Shown: piece by piece, positions 59,095 through 64,000 of the stretch
Layout of the letters: every line of letters starts with the position of its first letter
Position numbering within the stretch: position 1 is the stretch's first letter
From: a virus
Virus record (IMG/VR): IMGVR_UViG_3300038443_002312
Location: 1-64,000 of that record
Length of the DNA stretch: 64,000 nucleotides
Direction: 5' to 3' (one strand)
The notes under the pieces: model-generated
What the model was told of the DNA's origin: nothing
The model's input: the letters and a program-made list of their open reading frames with translations, nothing else
Databases searched by the model: none
Translations under genes and position numbers: made by a program

Positions 59095-60507
59095 CGCCTT
59101 GCCCGTCAAGAGGTTAGTCCGGCAGGTCGCCCGCCGAATCGTAGGTGAACGCGCCCTCGCGGGCACCTTCCAAGCACCCGGCGTACCAGAGGAAGACGCC
59201 GAGCAAAAGCCCCGCCTGGCGGACCGAGTCGACGTTGTGCGGCAGGAGCACTTTCCCGCCGCGCGGGGCCCCGATCCCGTCGGCGAGGTCGAGCCCGCAG
59301 GCGTTGCCGGGCACGGTGATGTGCTCCGGCCCCCACTCCCCGCCCGCCACCCGGACCGCCAACGGGTCGTCCGTCTCGAACCCGAACGCCTTGAGCCACA
59401 CCGGGGCCAGTCGCCGGGCCGCCGCCCGGATCAGGTCGGGGGTGAGCCGCGCCCGCGCGACCTCGGCCCGCCACGCCGGGTAGAGGCGGACGGCGGGGCC
59501 GCAGACCCCGCGGGCCGCGTCCGGGTGCCAGTCGATCCCGTAAAGTTGTTCGGGCACGGCCACTCCGCCTTGTACACCGCCCACGCCGCACGGGTGGTAC
59601 GTGACCACCCGGGCTACCGGTTCGCGTCCCGCCACTCGTCCACCCCACTGTTCGGGGCCACCGGGTCGGGCCGGGCGGCGGCGAGCAGGTCGCGGAGGTC
59701 CGCGTTCTCCCGCCGCAGGGCGGCGACCTCGTTCTCCAGCCCCAGCAGGTACGCCCACAGGTCGGCCATCACCGCCCGGGTTCGCTTGACCAGGTCCGCC
59801 CCGTTCACCGCCCCGTCCAGCCGGACCCGCTTCTTCTCGGCGGTCTCGGCCTGGGCGAGGCGGTGGACCGCGTCGTTCAGCCGCCCCAACTCGCTCGCCT
59901 TCGCCGCCAGGGCCGCCGTCAGCCGCCGCCGCAGCGGGGTGTCCGCCTTGGCGAGCCCGGCGACCCGGACCTGGATCTGGCGGTACTCCTCGCTCGCCCG
60001 GAGCCGGCGGGACTTGGCCTCGTCCTGGGTCGCGGGCTCTTTCCAGTCGCAGGGGTCGCCGACGTCGGGCGTCTTCGGGGTCTCGGTCACAACTCGTCTC
60101 GCTCGCAGGTCCAGCCGAACAGCACGCGCAGCACCAGGCGGCGGAGCCAGTTCGGCCGGGGCAGGAGTTCGCTCCCGGGCAGGACGACCGGCCGGCCGGC
60201 CGTGTCCCGGCCGGTCACGACCACCCACCCGGTCGGCCGCGGGGGCCGGTCCAACCGGCCCCCGGCGTGGGTCATCGGGCCGGCCGGGTCCAGCCCGACC
60301 GTCGCCCCGGCCGGGTCGGCCAGCCCGGCCGACGCCAGCCGCCCCCGGGCGAAGTCCTCGACCAGCCCGACCGTCTTGTCCCCGCACGCGGGGCACGGGT
60401 CGGCGGGCGTCGATGCGCGGCAGGTGACGCACCACCGCGGCGAAACCGGCCGCGGCGGGACGGGGACTTCGGGGCTCACGGGGACTCCGGGGCGACCGGT
60501 TGGCGAA

Positions 60508-61506
60508 TCACTGGCGGCCGGACTGGGCCCGCTTGAGGCCGGCCTCGAACTGCTTGACCGCGTCGATCGCGAACGAGATGGCCGGGCCGGCCCAGTCCGT
60601 CACGTTCGCCGAGTAACCGGCCCGGACCCCGGCCTGGGTCACGTGGGCGAGCAGGGCCCCGGGCTGGCACAGCCTCTGGCCGGCCAGCTTGGAATCGTAG
60701 TCCCGCAGCCGGGCGTGCAGTTCCTGGCCGGTCGACGGGGCCGCCCCGGGCAGGCCGGGCCTGGGGAACTTCCGCCCGAACTGGGCGAACAGGTCCAGGA
60801 CCGCCTTGTCGACCGCGGTCGACACCAGCCCGCGGGCCTTCTCGCCCTCGAACGCGTGCCACAGGGCCTCGAACCCGGGCCGGTCCCGGAGGGCGGCGAA
60901 CTGGTCCTGGTAGGCGCTGATGGCCAGGCGGTCGTCGTCGCTCATCCCGCCCGCGGGCGCGCCCGCCGTCGCCCCCTGGGCGGCCGGGTTCGCCCCCTGC
61001 CCCTGCCGCGGCGGGCCGGCCGAGTCGACCGCCCCCCTCCGCTGCTTGCCCGGGTCGGCCCAGTCGGGGAGCTGCGGGATCTGGGTGATCTGCTTCTTCT
61101 GGGGGTCGTAATCGACCCACACGGGCGGCAGGCGGTACAGGTACCGGCCGATGCCGAACTTGACCGCGGCCCGCTTGAGGGCGTCACTGAAACTCGCCTT
61201 GAGCCGGTCGCCGCCGTCGGGCTGCTCGCTCGGGGAACCGACGTCCTCCTTGGTCACCCACTCGCCGTCGACCCGGACGGACAGTTGGCAGACGACGCAC
61301 CCGTCGTTCAGGACCTCGTAGTGGTCCTTCCAGTTCTCCGCCCCGAGCACGTCATCCAGCCGCTCCTCGACCAGCCGGGCGTCCACGTACGGGACGGCCA
61401 TGGCCCGGTTGTTCTTCGCCGCCTGCGGCTTCCACTTGAGTTGCCGGGCGTCAAAGAACGCGGCCAGGGCCCTCATCTTCTCGGCGGTCGTCGTCCCCTC
61501 GCTCAT
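60508..61506 (-). CDS. Rad52/Rad22-family single-strand annealing protein (Sak-like)
   Basis: YVDARLVEERLDDVLGAENW..KEDVG..KASFSDALKRAAVKFGIGRYLY. Confidence 0.88.
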   Translation of the reverse strand: MSEGTTTAEKMRALAAFFDARQLKWKPQAAKNNRAMAVPYVDARLVEERLDDVLGAENWKDHYEVLNDGCVVCQLSVRVDGEWVTKEDVGSPSEQPDGGDRLKASFSDALKRAAVKFGIGRYLYRLPPVWVDYDPQKKQITQIPQLPDWADPGKQRRGAVDSAGPPRQGQGANPAAQGATAGAPAGGMSDDDRLAISAYQDQFAALRDRPGFEALWHAFEGEKARGLVSTAVDKAVLDLFAQFGRKFPRPGLPGAAPSTGQELHARLRDYDSKLAGQRLCQPGALLAHVTQAGVRAGYSANVTDWAGPAISFAIDAVKQFEAGLKRAQSGRQ

Positions 61507-61826
61507 GGCAGACTCCCCTGGGCGGCCCGACGCAGCAGGTCGTCGAAATGCGTCCCGATCGCGGGGCCGACCGCCTCGGCCAGGCCCGGGATCTGGAGCC
61601 CCCGCGTCCGCACCGGGCCCTTCGCGTGCCGGAAGACCACGAGCCCGGCCCGGTCCAGGGCGAGCAGGTGCGTCACCACCGCGTTCGGGCTCCGGTACTC
61701 CAGGGCCGATTGCAGTTCCCGGACCGTCGGCGACTGCCCGCCGGTCCGGACCATGTAGTCCCGGACCGCCAGGAAGACCCGCAGCCGCGGGCCGGTCAGC
61801 CGGTGCTCGTCACCCACTCCCGACAC
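61503..61826 (-). CDS. LexA-like N-terminal DNA-binding domain protein (no peptidase domain)
   Basis: LTGPRLRVFLAVRDY...SPTVRELQSALEYRSPNAVVTHLLALDRAGL. Confidence 0.8.
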   Translation of the reverse strand: MSGVGDEHRLTGPRLRVFLAVRDYMVRTGGQSPTVRELQSALEYRSPNAVVTHLLALDRAGLVVFRHAKGPVRTRGLQIPGLAEAVGPAIGTHFDDLLRRAAQGSLP

Positions 61827-61850
61827 GTCGACCCCTCCGCGGACACCAGA

Positions 61851-61905
61851 ATCCTACGGCGGGCCTGTCGCTTTGTCCAGATCGGGAGGAAAGATTTATG
61901 CAGTC
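61851..61905 (-). promoter_or_regulatory. Promoter module TGGACA-N17-TAGGAT with upstream GACTGCATAAATCTT box
   Basis: Paralogous to the 41492-41548 module. Confidence 0.65.
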
Positions 61906-62702
61906 GGGGGCGCGGGGCCGGGGGACGGCCCGGGGGGCGGCGGCGGGTCGGGCGGCTGGCCGTCGGGCGGCTGGTCGTCGGGCGGGGGCGGGAGGTCGGG
62001 GACCTTGGGCTCGGCGGCCAGGGCCTCGCGGGCGGCGTCCCGGGCGATCTGGTGCAGTTCGTCCTTCGACGCCCCGCCGCCCCGGGCCGTGCTCTCGGCC
62101 AGGGCCCGGTCCGACGCGTCCGGGTTGTCCAGCCCGTGAATCCGCCGCTCCAGGTCGGTCACCCGGACGAGGGTCGACACGAAGTCCATGACCGTCATCT
62201 GGTCGATCTTCATGGCCAGGCTGTTCGGGGCCTTGTCGTCGAGCACCCGCTGGGCGAACTTGGCGGCCATCGCCTGCCCGAGTTCGGCCATCCGGGCCTG
62301 CCGCTGGACGACGGCCCGGGTCTGGCGGACCTGCTCGGCCGTGGCCTCGGCCGCCATGAACGCGTCGTACGCCCGGGCCCGCTTGACCCACTCGTAGTCG
62401 CCGGCCGTCCGGTACATGGTCGAGTGCACGTACGCCGCGACCCGGGCGTCCTGGTCGACCGCGGCCAGGGACCCGAACCCGGCCTCGGTCTGCTCCAGGT
62501 ACGCCCGGGCGGCCTTCGGGATCGTCCGGACGAGCGGGTCGATCCCGAGGTACAGGCGGAACTGGGCGAACGCCGTGGACGGCTCGTTCGGCTGGATCTG
62601 CCACGGGTCCAGGGCCGGGTCGTACGCGAACTTCTGGTTCCGCCGCTTCCGCGGGCCCGGCCGCGGGCGGTTACTGGGCAGTCCCTTGGGCACGGCTGTC
62701 AC
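61896..62702 (-). CDS. Hypothetical HTH protein, possible terminase small subunit
   Basis: PWQIQPNEPSTAFAQFRLY...WVKRARAYD pattern seen in phage proteins near packaging genes. Confidence 0.45.
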   Translation of the reverse strand: MTAVPKGLPSNRPRPGPRKRRNQKFAYDPALDPWQIQPNEPSTAFAQFRLYLGIDPLVRTIPKAARAYLEQTEAGFGSLAAVDQDARVAAYVHSTMYRTAGDYEWVKRARAYDAFMAAEATAEQVRQTRAVVQRQARMAELGQAMAAKFAQRVLDDKAPNSLAMKIDQMTVMDFVSTLVRVTDLERRIHGLDNPDASDRALAESTARGGGASKDELHQIARDAAREALAAEPKVPDLPPPPDDQPPDGQPPDPPPPPGPSPGPAPPTA

Positions 62703-62733
62703 TCGCTGGGGTCAGTGCCAACGGGTTGGCGGG

Positions 62734-63675
62734 CTAGAAGTGGGCCTCGCCGCCGCCCGCCGGGGCCCGCGGCCGTTCGGCCTCGCGGGCCAGGACGGTG
62801 GCCTCGCCCGGCTCCGGGGGCGGTTCCGAAACCCCGTCCTGGCCCGGGTCGGGGGGCGGGGCCCAGCCGATATCTATGGCGATGCCCCGCCGCATCAGGT
62901 CGGCGACCAGGGCCCGGCCCTGGACCCACTTGGAGTTCGGGGACAGGTTGAAGAACGCGCAGAACTTCTCCTTCTCGTCGGGCGTCTTGAACACGAGCCC
63001 GACGTAGAACCCGTCCTTGGCCGCCTCGCCCGAGACGTCCTTGTACTCCTCCTTGGCGGCCTTCATGGCCCGGACGGCGTCGGCGTCGGCGGCCGCCGGG
63101 TCGTCCTTCTTCGGGAAGATGTGGGCCAGGTCGATCCCGCCCAGGTCGGACACCTGCGAGTCGAGGATGGACTTGAGCCGGGCGGTGTCGAACCCGAGCA
63201 GGTCGACGTCGATCTGCGGGTCGACCAGGACGTCCTTGGCGAGCTTGTTCCAGTCGAAGAACCCCTGGGCCTCCGGGTTGTTCAGGACGACGTTGAGCTC
63301 CTTCTCCTTCGTCTCGTCCAGGTCGACCACCTTGACCTCGACCCCGTACCCCTCCTCCCGGCCGGCCTGCTGGTCGAGGATCGTCAGCCGCTGGTGCCCG
63401 CCGACCAGGTTCCCCGTCCGCTGGTTCCAGATCAGGTTCTCGACCATGCCGAACTCGCGCATGGACTTCTTGAGCCGGGACTGGCCGGACGTGTCGATCT
63501 GGCGGGGGTTGTACGGGGCCTTGTTGATCCGCTCGCGCGGGATCACGGTGGTCTGCCAGCGGGCGAACAGCGGGTGCAAGGGGGGCGGTTCCGGCCGGGC
63601 GGCGGCCCGGGCCGGCTCGGCGGGCTCGGGCGGGGCGGCGGCCTCGCGGGCGGTGGGCGGCTTGGTCTTGGCCAT
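62734..63675 (-). CDS. ParB/Srx-like N-terminal domain protein
   Basis: APYNPRQI..LKKSMREFGMVENLIWNQRTGNLVGGHQRL. Confidence 0.85.
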   Translation of the reverse strand: MAKTKPPTAREAAAPPEPAEPARAAARPEPPPLHPLFARWQTTVIPRERINKAPYNPRQIDTSGQSRLKKSMREFGMVENLIWNQRTGNLVGGHQRLTILDQQAGREEGYGVEVKVVDLDETKEKELNVVLNNPEAQGFFDWNKLAKDVLVDPQIDVDLLGFDTARLKSILDSQVSDLGGIDLAHIFPKKDDPAAADADAVRAMKAAKEEYKDVSGEAAKDGFYVGLVFKTPDEKEKFCAFFNLSPNSKWVQGRALVADLMRRGIAIDIGWAPPPDPGQDGVSEPPPEPGEATVLAREAERPRAPAGGGEAHF

Positions 63676-63706
63676 CGGTGCGGGTCGGGGGCTAGGGGTG
63701 AAGGGG

Positions 63707-64000
63707 TCAGCGCTTGACCTGGTTCTTGGCCCGCGGGCGGCCGGTCAGGCCGAGCTCGTGGCGGAGCAGTTCGGCCTCCGCGAACGGGAAGCGGGCGAGC
63801 ACCTTCTGGTAGTCGGCCGGGTAGTGGTCTCGCAGGAAGACCAGGTCCCCGCCCTCCAGCCCGCCGCCGTACGAGTGCCCGATGTGGGCGTACTCGGGGG
63901 AGAGCGGGATGTCGTGCAGCTTCAGGTAGGTGACGACGTCCGCGTTACTCCACTCCGAGAGCGGGTAGCCGCGGCACGACACGAGCATGATCCCGTTGGA
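63707..64000 (-). CDS. PAPS-reductase-family protein, C-terminal part (extends beyond window)
   Basis: YPLSEWSNADVVTYLKLHDIPL..Y...HYPADYQKVLARFP. Confidence 0.65.
   Translation of the reverse strand, partial: SNGIMLVSCRGYPLSEWSNADVVTYLKLHDIPLSPEYAHIGHSYGGGLEGGDLVFLRDHYPADYQKVLARFPFAEAELLRHELGLTGRPRAKNQVKR

Larger units (their letters stand above)
499..62730. repeat. Dispersed 14-bp palindrome GCCAR-N4-YTGGC (~23 copies)
   Basis: Starts at 499, 4737, 7782, 9413, 12504, 14396, 18849, 21997, 25513, 27777, 29379, 31728, 33680, 37085, 40589, 43284, 45239, 48003, 50852, 53830, 56247, 58667, 62717. Confidence 0.8.

Overview
Very GC-rich segment of a tailed (HK97-type) phage or prophage, with essentially all credible genes on the minus strand. 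Multiple TIGR02996-type ('L.AI.A.P.DD..RL..ADWL.E') proteins suggest a Planctomycetota (Gemmataceae-like) host; this is inference. From low to high coordinates it holds: a glycine-rich tail-type gene; a glycosyltransferase/TylF-methyltransferase fusion and an HldE-like kinase; head-completion genes, major capsid, prohead protease and portal (1-14.3 kb); a candidate RNA-guided locus (14.4-16.9 kb); a cluster of aberrant tRNA-like genes (17.6-18.4 kb); and about 40 kb of small accessory genes, including an HNH nuclease, two sigma-70-like factors, a DEDDh exonuclease, a DnaJ domain, paralog families, large terminase, Rad52/Sak recombinase, a LexA-like HTH, a ParB-like protein and a PAPS-reductase-like protein. 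The main candidate novel system is a catalytically dead, truncated TnpB/Cas12f-like protein (15069-16367). It lies in one predicted transcription unit with two covarying copies of a ~115-nt structured RNA scaffold and three arrays (~32 units) of very short 10-12-nt repeats separated by short unique spacers. A 14-bp palindrome, GCCAR-N4-YTGGC, is dispersed about 23 times, mostly at gene junctions. Protein calls are from motif recognition by eye, not database searches. Many starts were moved to the most plausible ATG/GTG/TTG.
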